A stretch of 64,000 nucleotides of DNA from Psychroflexus sp. GTDB taxonomy: Bacteria > Bacteroidota > Bacteroidia > Flavobacteriales > Flavobacteriaceae. The notes below the pieces were generated by a model. It made no database searches, was not told the origin of the DNA, and was given only the letters and a program-made list of their open reading frames with translations. Within the stretch, counting starts at the first letter, position 1, and each line of letters starts with the position of its first letter. Shown here piece by piece: positions 38,790 through 47,490 of this stretch. The position numbers and the translations under genes are program-made. The stretch spans positions 102,014 to 166,013 of the forward strand of contig JBHYFG010000004.1 of NCBI GenBank assembly GCA_051859645.1, read 5' to 3'.

Positions 38790-40100
38790 TTAGCGGTAGC
38801 TTTCGTATTTAGTTGCCATTTCTTTTAGTTCGGAAGACCTCATTTTATCTAATATGGTAAGAAATAAATTGTATTCATCTGTATATTTAGTAACATCTAC
38901 TTCGTCTACGTACTTTTTAAAACGGTAATTTCTTTTGGCTTTGTACAATCCATCATAAAACAAATAAAGCATATGTTTTGAGAAGTTATCTTCAACTGGC
39001 GAAAGTAAGCCTTCTTCTTGCAATTGCAGGATGTTGTAAATTCCTTTTCCGTATTCGTTTGCGCAGTAGTATGCAAAGATTGCTTCTAATTTACGTTTTT
39101 CTTGAAAAGGAATTTCGACTAGAGCAAAAGTGTTTTTTGAGCGTAATTCAGGGAAATTTTGTTGAAGTTTTTGTACGCGGTTTTCAATTTCTGGATGGCT
39201 TTTTAGCGAATCTTTATGGAAACCAAAAATATCTATTTTGCCACGCTTGTAGTTGTAACTTGAAAAGTCAAAACCTACGGTCCAAGTTTCGTCGAAGGCT
39301 TGGTTTGGGGTTGTAAAATGCGACTGAAACACCTCTAAACTTAAAGGGTAATACTCTTGAAGGTAAGTGGAATCTAGTTTTTTGAGTGCCGACAGCGCTT
39401 CTTGTTTAGCGGAAGTTACATTGCTAAATAAAAGGTACCCAAGGGAGTCGGCTTCAAATTCTTTTTGACGACTTTCCTTCATGCTTTCGTGTTTAAACTC
39501 TTTAATAAAGCCAATGCTTTTACTGAATTTATTGTACTTTCCGCGGGTTTGTTTTTTCTGTTCTTTGTATTCAGAAGATTTTAGAAAAGCCATTTTTTTG
39601 TCCATGTCTTTTTCTAAATGCTGAAGTTGGTAATGGGCTAATTCATGTGCTAAAACAAAATTAAGTTCGCCCTCGGTGGCTAGCTTATTTAGCAGAGAAA
39701 TAGTAATGATAAAAGTGCCGTCGCCTAAACTTAGTGCATTTGGACTGGTTTCTCTACTCACAAAAATACGTAATCCTGCTTCATTTATATTGTTTTTAAT
39801 CGCTAATTGTTGAAGTAGTTGGTTCACATAATTTTCAACCTCATCATCAAAAAGCAAGTAGCTACCTTCTGCAATACCTTCTGCCAATTCGCTTCTTTTT
39901 TTCGAAAAATCTTTTACCACCTTTTTATTATAGGAGGGAAGTTCCTTAAAGTTGGCGACAAGCATTTCGGTTTTGGAATCAAAATAAGCCTCTAATTCGG
40001 CGGTTTTGTTGTGTAAAGTATCTACGGGCTGGTAAATTTGTCCTTTTAAACTAAGGGAGAACAAGCTTAAAAGCAGGAGTGATAACAGGTAATTTTTCAA
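38790..40100 (-). CDS. M48-family zinc metallopeptidase, secreted
   Basis: PNALSLGDG, VLAHELAH (HExxH), EFEADSLG, SHPEIENRV; TTG start. Confidence 0.88.
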   Translation of the reverse strand: MKNYLLSLLLLSLFSLSLKGQIYQPVDTLHNKTAELEAYFDSKTEMLVANFKELPSYNKKVVKDFSKKRSELAEGIAEGSYLLFDDEVENYVNQLLQQLAIKNNINEAGLRIFVSRETSPNALSLGDGTFIITISLLNKLATEGELNFVLAHELAHYQLQHLEKDMDKKMAFLKSSEYKEQKKQTRGKYNKFSKSIGFIKEFKHESMKESRQKEFEADSLGYLLFSNVTSAKQEALSALKKLDSTYLQEYYPLSLEVFQSHFTTPNQAFDETWTVGFDFSSYNYKRGKIDIFGFHKDSLKSHPEIENRVQKLQQNFPELRSKNTFALVEIPFQEKRKLEAIFAYYCANEYGKGIYNILQLQEEGLLSPVEDNFSKHMLYLFYDGLYKAKRNYRFKKYVDEVDVTKYTDEYNLFLTILDKMRSSELKEMATKYESYR

Positions 40101-40399
40101 TTTTAATTTTAGTTTTAATCGTTTGCACTACATGGTAATGGGCGGTTAAATTGAATGAACAACTCCAAAACTCTGCGTTTTTTATTGCAAGTGTGCGGAA
40201 TATGTACTGCTTCCAACGCCTTGCCTAGCAATTGATGCTCAACAAAACTAGCATTATAATCTGAATTTCTTGTTAAAAAACTGATTTTTATATAGCTTAT
40301 TTTTTTGTAAACTTTAGCATACTGAGGTGTTCATGCTTTTGTTTTAGGTAGGTTTATCAGTAAAAGGTGAATTGTTTTTCTAACGACATTCGTTCACAA

Positions 40400-40672
40400 A
40401 TGAAACACGTATGTTGAATAAAGAATATCGAATACTGAAATTAAAAGTGAAAATTTAAACTTTTGAAATGGTAAGTTTGAATTAATAAATTTGAACTTAT
40501 AAATTATACAGATGAAACACGTATGTTGAATAAAGAATATCAAATACTGAAATTAAAAGTGAAAATTTGAACTTTTGAAATGGTAAGTTTGAATTATTAA
40601 ATTTGAACTTATAAATTATACAGATGAAACACGCATGTTGAATAAAGAATATCGAATACTGAAATTAAAAGT
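40400..40672. repeat. 112-bp tandem repeat, two full copies plus a 49-bp partial copy
   Basis: ATGAAACACG at 40400, 40512, 40624; three substitutions between copies 1 and 2. Confidence 0.93.
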
Positions 40673-40733
40673 TGCATTTATTTGTTGAATCCGAGTTTTT
40701 TTTATTTAAATTTGGATAATAAATTACACTATC

Positions 40734-41840
40734 TTGAAAAAAGTTATTCTACCGTTTTTACTCCTTTCAGCTTTCTTAATTGCTTGCGAAAAAAAAGTAA
40801 AATCACCTCATAAAAAACAAACCTATGTGGCTTCGGTGACAAATTTAAGTACGCAATCGCCGTTTCATGAAGTACTTATTCAACAAGAAGACAGCCTTTG
40901 GAAGTACGACTTCTGGAACAATGAAAAATCGGTTGCTTTAGCTCATTTAGATTCCCAAACGGAAGAAGTAATTGTATTTTCTAACAAAGATTCGCTTGCT
41001 CCTTTCGAAAATTACACCCTGTTTGAAGACTTGCGCTTTTTTGTTCAGAACGAAGGTTTCAAAAGCTATGTAGCTACGCCAAAAGGAGCCTCTATTTCGA
41101 CTGAAGAATTTTTATCGCTTGTTGGCCAAGATTATTTTGAAACTTCTTTACATGCCAATAAAACACCAAACTCTTCTATAGAAATTAAAGAGAAAATTCA
41201 ATTTCAAGGAAATCGATGGGTTTATTTTTGGGAGTACTACTACCAAAATAAACTCCTTCATGCAGAAACAGAAGAAGTAGAACTTTCATTTTTTGAAGTA
41301 GATGCTCAACTTTTTCTTATCCCTTCTACGCAAGAAAATCCATACCCCATTTTTCAAGTAAAAAACGCAACACAAAACGAGATTGAGCTGGTTTACTTTA
41401 CCGATTTTGAAGCTAAAACAAAGCTATATTCCAAGGTTCAAAAAAGCACTTCAACAAACTACCAACCTTACAGTTTATGTAAAGACAGCTTTCAAAGTAC
41501 CTATTATTTTGGAGATGAAGTTCGCTATGCAAAAGGCTTAGACCACTTACTCAATTACCTTCAAGAAGGCGCTCCTAAAACTGAAAAAGATGCACTTATA
41601 AATGTACACTTTACGGTGAATTGCAATGGCGAAGTTGGAAAACTAGGTTTAGAAATCTTAGATAAAAACTACCAAAAAACAACCGTAAACCCTGAAATTA
41701 TAAAGCATATAACAGAAAAAATACTTCTGTTGAAGGATTGGGACAATCTAGAAAAGATAGACTACCGCGGTGCAAAAGACGCAAAATTGTTTTTTTTTAT
41801 CCGAGTTACTAACCAAAAAATTAACGAAGTATGTCCATAA
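40734..41840 (+). CDS. Hypothetical lipoprotein, C-terminus reminiscent of a TonB C-terminal domain
   Basis: Lipobox LIAC-EKK; INVHFTVNCNGEVG; TTG start. Confidence 0.7.
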   Translation: MKKVILPFLLLSAFLIACEKKVKSPHKKQTYVASVTNLSTQSPFHEVLIQQEDSLWKYDFWNNEKSVALAHLDSQTEEVIVFSNKDSLAPFENYTLFEDLRFFVQNEGFKSYVATPKGASISTEEFLSLVGQDYFETSLHANKTPNSSIEIKEKIQFQGNRWVYFWEYYYQNKLLHAETEEVELSFFEVDAQLFLIPSTQENPYPIFQVKNATQNEIELVYFTDFEAKTKLYSKVQKSTSTNYQPYSLCKDSFQSTYYFGDEVRYAKGLDHLLNYLQEGAPKTEKDALINVHFTVNCNGEVGKLGLEILDKNYQKTTVNPEIIKHITEKILLLKDWDNLEKIDYRGAKDAKLFFFIRVTNQKINEVCP

Positions 41841-42748
41841 CCAATAAGCTTTTATTCCTTTTAGTTGGTGTGCTAGTCGCTTGTTCAGAAAACGAGACTG
41901 ACCCTGCTACAGTGCAAGAAAAATCAATAGTTCAACGCATCAATATAGAGCAAATTCCGCTTCATGCACCTAAATTGGATTCACTAAAAAGTGACATCTC
42001 GTACGGAAAAGAATACGTAGATTTTTCATATAATTTCTTGCAAACTTCGCCCATAAAACGCCATTTAAACACTATAGGACTAGCCATAGACCCAAGCAAT
42101 ACAAGTTATATAGAACGTTTTTCGTACTCCTACAAAAAATCAGGAGAACACGAAAAAGCCATGCGTATATTATTGGCCTCTGTAGATGCCTCTCAAACAA
42201 ATGAAGAATTATTGGAACATTACAGTTACATGGCATGGAATTACCTCTATTTTTACAGAGATTACCACAATACCATTAAAATAGTAGACGAGATAATGCA
42301 ACTTTCAAACCATGATTTTGGTGCAAGTTGTCATGGAGAATCTTGCCTAATACTCAAAGGCCAAGCATTATACAAATCAGGAAAATTAGACGAAGCTATC
42401 GAAGTTTTTGAAGCTTACCAAACCCATGAAGAAAAGCAGGGCTTTAATGCAATGGATGACCCTTTACTTGTCTTTTACAAAGGTAGATGCTTGGCAGAAA
42501 AAGAAGAATATGAAAAGGCAATACCCTATTTCACTTACTTTACTCGCCACCAACCCAGCGCAGAAGCATACTTTCAGTTAGCACACCTTTTTTTACAACT
42601 CAATTTTAAAGAAGATGCTCGTCTTTACATTAACTTAGCAGAAGAGGCTTTACAAAACGGATACACCTTTAGAGAACCTTATTTTGAACGCTTCGATAAA
42701 GTTTTTATGCATCAAATTGAAGCCTTTGTCGCTAAAATGAATGAATAA
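41831..42748 (+). CDS. Tetratricopeptide-repeat lipoprotein
   Basis: Lipobox LVAC-SENE; TPR-like helices LKGQALYKSGKLDEAIEVF, YKGRCLAEKEEYEKAI. Confidence 0.78.
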   Translation: MSITNKLLFLLVGVLVACSENETDPATVQEKSIVQRINIEQIPLHAPKLDSLKSDISYGKEYVDFSYNFLQTSPIKRHLNTIGLAIDPSNTSYIERFSYSYKKSGEHEKAMRILLASVDASQTNEELLEHYSYMAWNYLYFYRDYHNTIKIVDEIMQLSNHDFGASCHGESCLILKGQALYKSGKLDEAIEVFEAYQTHEEKQGFNAMDDPLLVFYKGRCLAEKEEYEKAIPYFTYFTRHQPSAEAYFQLAHLFLQLNFKEDARLYINLAEEALQNGYTFREPYFERFDKVFMHQIEAFVAKMNE

Positions 42749-43466
42749 TTGAAGATGTAACTACCTCATTTGTAATTTGTTTAGTCGAAGAAAGTAAGCT
42801 TTCAAAATTAGATAATACGTAGTAATCGGTTTGCATAATATCGGTTCTGAATTCTTTTTGCAATACTTCCTCTACATTAAAATCCAAAAAATTGGCTTCC
42901 CCTTTATGAATTTGATTGGTTTCTCCGAAGGAAGATAAAATACCCGCTCCGTACGATTTTATTTTACCTCCTTCTTGAATTACACCAAACTCAATTGTGA
43001 ACCAATACAAGCGTTGCAATTCTTTTAGCAACCGCTTATTTCCTTTAACCGACGCGCCTAATTTTCCAAATTCGTATACAAAATCAGAAAAAACAGGCTG
43101 ACTTAATAAAGGGATATGCCCAAAAATGTCGTGAAACATATCGGGCTCTTCTAAGTAGTCTAAGCTATCTTTGGAACGTAACCAAGTAGAAGAACAGAAT
43201 TTTTTTTCAGCTAACAGCGAAAAGAAATCTTCGACTTCAATTAAGCCAGGAACTACTTCAATTTGCCATCCTGTGGAAGCTTCAAAAAAAGAATTAAGTG
43301 CTTCAAACTTTGGTAGGTTGTGTGCATTTAAAACTGGGCTCATTTCGTTTAAAGCCTTCAAATAAAGTGAAGAAGCTTTATCTTGAATGTTTGCTTCTTG
43401 TCGTTCAAAAAGGGTTTTCCAAACCCATTTGTCTTCTGTAGTGTAAGCCTCAAAATTTTGATTCAT
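42732..43466 (-). CDS. phhA: Phenylalanine 4-hydroxylase
   Basis: DYLEEPDMFHDIFGHIP (two His iron ligands), LYWFTIEFG (Glu ligand), YGAGILSSFGE. Confidence 0.95.
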   Translation of the reverse strand: MNQNFEAYTTEDKWVWKTLFERQEANIQDKASSLYLKALNEMSPVLNAHNLPKFEALNSFFEASTGWQIEVVPGLIEVEDFFSLLAEKKFCSSTWLRSKDSLDYLEEPDMFHDIFGHIPLLSQPVFSDFVYEFGKLGASVKGNKRLLKELQRLYWFTIEFGVIQEGGKIKSYGAGILSSFGETNQIHKGEANFLDFNVEEVLQKEFRTDIMQTDYYVLSNFESLLSSTKQITNEVVTSSIIHSF

Positions 43467-43658
43467 TTTTTTATTTTAGTTGTCATGCTGTCCAAAAGCT
43501 TCGGAATAAGCATCTCATATTTTTGTACTATTATTTTTCGTGTTTTTCGATGCGACAACTAGCTACGTTTTTTTTCTTAAAGAAAGACGTGTTGAAGGTG
43601 CTGCATCGCATTCCTTAATTATTTAGCGTGTTAACCATACACATTTACTTGTAAAATC

Positions 43659-43689
43659 AAAAAAGCCCGTTCTGGATAGAACAGGCTTT
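43659..43689 (-). terminator. Attenuator terminator upstream of phhA
   Basis: Minus-strand RNA AAAGCCUGUUCU-AUCC-AGAACGGGCUUUUUU; the single mismatch is a U-G wobble only on the minus strand. Confidence 0.85.
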
Positions 43690-43712
43690 AGTTTGGTATT
43701 AAACAATACGCA

Positions 43713-43772
43713 TTAGACTGTTCCTTTCCTAAAGAAAGTCCAATAATAATACATATGTTTTTTCGTGTTCAT
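43713..43772 (-). CDS. Aromatic-amino-acid leader peptide MNTKKHMYYYWTFFRKGTV
   Basis: Hand translated 19 codons + TAA; Y-Y-Y-W-T-F-F cluster; lies between a promoter box and a terminator. Confidence 0.82.
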   Translation of the reverse strand: MNTKKHMYYYWTFFRKGTV

Positions 43773-43776
43773 GCTG

Positions 43777-43784
43777 CAAAATTA
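43777..43784 (-). promoter_or_regulatory. -7 promoter box for leader/phhA transcript
   Basis: TAATTTTG on minus strand 4 nt before the leader ATG. Confidence 0.7.
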
Positions 43785-44118
43785 CAAGTCAGTTATTGGT
43801 TGACCGAGTCTTAAAAAAAATAAACATTTGTTTAACGCTTGTTGAAACAACAACTGGTATAACCTATTGGAATAAACGATTCAATTTTGTTGGTTTCATT
43901 TTAAATTCAATTGGTATTACAGTAATTTTCTTGTGTCGCTAAATTTCTAATCTTTTTAGCTTTGTTGGTATTGAGTTAAATTATTTAAACCAATTGTGTT
44001 AATCAATTCAAACTTTAATTTTGGAAAGGTTATTAAATTTGATTTTGCACAACTTAGCTTCAATTGATTTGAATTGTTGATCATGCTTGTGTGCTTGTTT
44101 GTTGTTCAGGTAAAAGTC

Positions 44119-45279
44119 TTACAACTTGCCCACAATAAGGCTCACCGCATTCCCGCCAAATCCAACGGCATTGACCATGATATGTTGTAAATTTTTGTCG
44201 GTGTTTTCTTGTTGAAAAAATGGATTTGGAATAAATTTATTATGCTTCAACATGAGCAATGCCATCTCCAAACTCATCGCTCCTGAAGCTCCGAAAGAAT
44301 GTCCTATTTTCCACTTGTTGGTGGTAATCAAAGGAACTTCTTCAAAACAATGTTGTATAGCTTTTAGCTCTGCTTCATCTCCTTTTTGTGTTCCTGCGGC
44401 ATGCATAACAATCGCATCTACTGAGGTTAATCCTGCGTTATCCAATGCCATTTGCATACTCTTCTGAAAACAGATTGCTTCACTTGAAATGGAGGTATTA
44501 TGAGTGATTATTTCGGTAGCAAAGCCAACACCTAATAGAGAAAACAAAGCTTTTTCTTTTTTTGTTGAAAGTAGAAATACAGCCGCCGCTTCACCTAAAA
44601 TAAGCGTATTCGATTTTTTTGAAAAGTCTAAACTTCTACAAGGTAAATTGCTTTTTGAAGAAGAATAAAGTTTCAAGGCCTTCATTTGAGCTACGGTAAA
44701 AGGGGTTAGTGGCGCTTCAGTACCTCCTACTAAAAAATCCGCTGCCATGCCTGAAGTTAGCCATGCGACGGCATTCAATATGCTATGCAAAGCCGTTGAA
44801 CACGTTATGGAATGAGACATACTCAATCCATCCGAGCCTAAATCCTGCGCTACCCAAGAAGATAAATTCCCTAAGGTGGTGGTGGGCGAACTCAGCGTAC
44901 TTGCTACTGTTGAAGCTAAAAATTCTTTGTGATAGGCTTCAAATAAAGTGGTTGCTCCCCTGGAAGAGCCAATGTTTACGGCTAAGTTTTGAGGAGTTTT
45001 ATCCTTCAATAACTGCCGACTTGCAAAAATTGCATACAGCACAGAAGGGTCTAATTCTTTGTATTTTTTGTTTTCTTCTCTAAGGTTTTCAATAAGCTCA
45101 CATTCCTTCTTTTGAAGTTGACTCACCCACTCTTCTTTTCCTGAAAATTCTTGTTTTTGAAAAAAAGCTTTTGGATCAAGGTAAGCATTCCACACATCTT
45201 CTTCAGAGGAACCTAAAGAAGAAATAGAAGCAAATGAATGGATATATATTTTTTTGCGCAATGGTCTATTTTTTTGCAA
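44119..45279 (-). CDS. Beta-ketoacyl-ACP synthase (FabF/KS-like)
   Basis: Cys-His-His triad: ITCSTALH, MHAAGT, KIGHSFG; GEAAAVF, NAVGFGGN. Confidence 0.85.
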   Translation of the reverse strand: MQKNRPLRKKIYIHSFASISSLGSSEEDVWNAYLDPKAFFQKQEFSGKEEWVSQLQKKECELIENLREENKKYKELDPSVLYAIFASRQLLKDKTPQNLAVNIGSSRGATTLFEAYHKEFLASTVASTLSSPTTTLGNLSSWVAQDLGSDGLSMSHSITCSTALHSILNAVAWLTSGMAADFLVGGTEAPLTPFTVAQMKALKLYSSSKSNLPCRSLDFSKKSNTLILGEAAAVFLLSTKKEKALFSLLGVGFATEIITHNTSISSEAICFQKSMQMALDNAGLTSVDAIVMHAAGTQKGDEAELKAIQHCFEEVPLITTNKWKIGHSFGASGAMSLEMALLMLKHNKFIPNPFFQQENTDKNLQHIMVNAVGFGGNAVSLIVGKL

Positions 45280-45363
45280 ATATCCATTATATAAAACAAT
45301 CTCTTTGCTTCTTATTGGGTAATTTGAAAAACTTTAGGAATAGAAGTCTAACGGTAAATAATA

Positions 45364-45972
45364 CTATTTTGGATTTTTCACTCCCGCTAAAATTTCAATA
45401 GACAAATTATTTTCCTCTGGTGGAACGGCGCAAGAGTATCCTGAAACATAAGCACAATAAGGATTGGTTGATTTATTAAAGTCCAAAGTAACAATGTCTC
45501 CTTCTTCTTTAGGTAAATCTACGTAACAATATCTTCCGTTGGTGTAACTAGTTTCTCCGTTGGTTAAATCCATAAAAGGCACAAAAGCTTTGTTTACATA
45601 TTCTTCGCTAGAAGAAAAACCTTCGTTATAAAGTATAGCTAAAGAAAATGTTTGTCCTTGAAGTTCAAAAGTAAGCGTCCCAAGCCTTGTATATTCGGCA
45701 TAGCGAGATGTACTAGTCGCTAAAAACAGGTCTGATTTTTCAGGAGTGAATACAGCTTGAACACGATACGTACTATCTATAGGAAAAAATGAATGTCCTT
45801 TAAATAAGTGAGTATTACTTTTGAAGGGAGAGGTTTCAGGATTAGTGTAATGCTCCACGTATTCCTCTTGAAATTCTTTCACTTCCTGTATATAAGTTGT
45901 GTTTTGAACATGTAGGTGCATTCTTGCAAAAAGCAACATGCTAGTTAATAAGCTGAGGTAAATTAGTTTCAT
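45364..45972 (-). CDS. DUF1684-type protein
   Basis: FFPIDSTYRVQA, PFMDLTNGETSY..GRY, LDFNKSTNPYCAYVSGYSCAVPP.EN. Confidence 0.88.
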   Translation of the reverse strand: MKLIYLSLLTSMLLFARMHLHVQNTTYIQEVKEFQEEYVEHYTNPETSPFKSNTHLFKGHSFFPIDSTYRVQAVFTPEKSDLFLATSTSRYAEYTRLGTLTFELQGQTFSLAILYNEGFSSSEEYVNKAFVPFMDLTNGETSYTNGRYCYVDLPKEEGDIVTLDFNKSTNPYCAYVSGYSCAVPPEENNLSIEILAGVKNPK

Positions 45973-46006
45973 TAGTTTATTTTTTTACTGAATTTAGTTC
46001 AGCATC

Positions 46007-47311
46007 TTACTCTTCTTTTACAATTACTTTTCCGTCTTTCATCACAAATGCAGGACTTAGGAAAGCTTCTATATTTTCTTTGGAAACTTCTCCTCTGATA
46101 GCTACCAAATCAGCGAAAAAACCTTCTTTTATTTGTCCAAGGCTTTCTTCCATTCGTAGGATTTTTGCAGGTGTTAGTGTGGCGCTTTGAATAACTTCAA
46201 GCAAAGGCATTCCTGCTTCTTCCATATAGATAAATTCCATTGCATTATTACCATGAGGGAAAACACCCGCATCGGTTCCGAAGGCAATTTTCACTCCTTT
46301 TTTATAGGCTTTTCCAAATGTTCCTTGAATTTTTGGACCAATTTCAAGTGCTTTTGGCCTCACAATCTCAGGATAATACCCATCCTCTGCGCCCTTCTCC
46401 GATACAAATTTACCTGCGGTAATGGTGGGGACTAAATAAACACCATTCTTTTTCATCATGTCCATGGTTTTGTCGCTCATTTTTGTTCCGTGTTCAATAG
46501 TGGTAACCCCTCCTAAGATAGCTCGTTGCATTCCTTCATCGCCATGTGCGTGTGCGGCTACATGAAACCCGTAATCGTTGGCAGTTTCGCAAATTGCTTT
46601 TATTTCTTCTACTGTAAATTGTGGGTTATCGCCGCTTTTAGCTTGGCTTAAAACGCCTCCTGTTGCGGTGATTTTAATTAAATCTGCTCCATTTTTGTAG
46701 CGTTGACGCACCGCTTTTTTGGCATCTTCTATACCATTGACCACTCCTTCTTTAGGCCCGGGGTTTCCCATGAGTTTTCGACTACTTCCATTGGTTGGGT
46801 CGGCGTGTCCTCCTGTTGAAGCGAGGGATTTTCCTGCGGTAAAAACACGAGGTCCGTTTACATCGCCTCTTTCGATTGCTTTCTTAAGAGAAATATTTAC
46901 GCCCGTTCCGCCTAAATCACGTACGGAAGTAAAACCTGCTTTCAACGTAATTTCTGCAAATTTTACAGATTTGTAGGCGATGTCCGACTCATCATCTTGA
47001 TAACGTTCGATGTATTTTGTTGGGCTTGTTTCGCTTTCTAGGTGAACGTGCATATCTATCCAACCCGGCATTAGGGTATGTTCACGAAGGTCTATGACTT
47101 CATACTCCATGCTTCTTGGCATATTGATTCCAGGGACAACAGCTTCAATTTTGTTGCCATTAATAAAAACAGAAGATTCGCCGTGTATTTCCTTAGTGGC
47201 TACATCTACCCAATGCTTACAGTGAATAATGAATTTTTCTTGTGAAAAACCAAAGTTTACACAAACCAATAAAAGCATGGTACTTATGATGGTTTTCTTT
47301 TTTTGATGCAT
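46007..47311 (-). CDS. Secreted amidohydrolase (Xaa-Pro dipeptidase-like, metal-dependent)
   Basis: MPGWIDMHVH, AGFTSVRDLG, GGHAD, VAAHAHG, TIEHG, AFGTDAGVFPHG. Confidence 0.9.
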   Translation of the reverse strand: MHQKKKTIISTMLLLVCVNFGFSQEKFIIHCKHWVDVATKEIHGESSVFINGNKIEAVVPGINMPRSMEYEVIDLREHTLMPGWIDMHVHLESETSPTKYIERYQDDESDIAYKSVKFAEITLKAGFTSVRDLGGTGVNISLKKAIERGDVNGPRVFTAGKSLASTGGHADPTNGSSRKLMGNPGPKEGVVNGIEDAKKAVRQRYKNGADLIKITATGGVLSQAKSGDNPQFTVEEIKAICETANDYGFHVAAHAHGDEGMQRAILGGVTTIEHGTKMSDKTMDMMKKNGVYLVPTITAGKFVSEKGAEDGYYPEIVRPKALEIGPKIQGTFGKAYKKGVKIAFGTDAGVFPHGNNAMEFIYMEEAGMPLLEVIQSATLTPAKILRMEESLGQIKEGFFADLVAIRGEVSKENIEAFLSPAFVMKDGKVIVKEE

Positions 47312-47490
47312 GATTTGAATTTTAGTTAAAATTACTAATTATTCTTTCATAACAACTAAAGGTAGTTCATTTATTGAATTATTGCATTGAAATTTCCCTG
47401 AAAAAAATTCTTTTTCTTTTACAATTACAGCTACTTAGCCGCTAAATGTAGCTGTTTAGATCATTCATTTTTTTAAAAATGGTATGAAAT

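Noticed and set aside
40101-40325. About 70 open codons on the minus strand upstream of the M48 gene
   Set aside because: No start codon after the upstream stop and no recognisable motif.
40400-40672. 112-bp repeat as a CRISPR array
   Set aside because: The whole unit repeats; there are no unique spacers and no cas genes.
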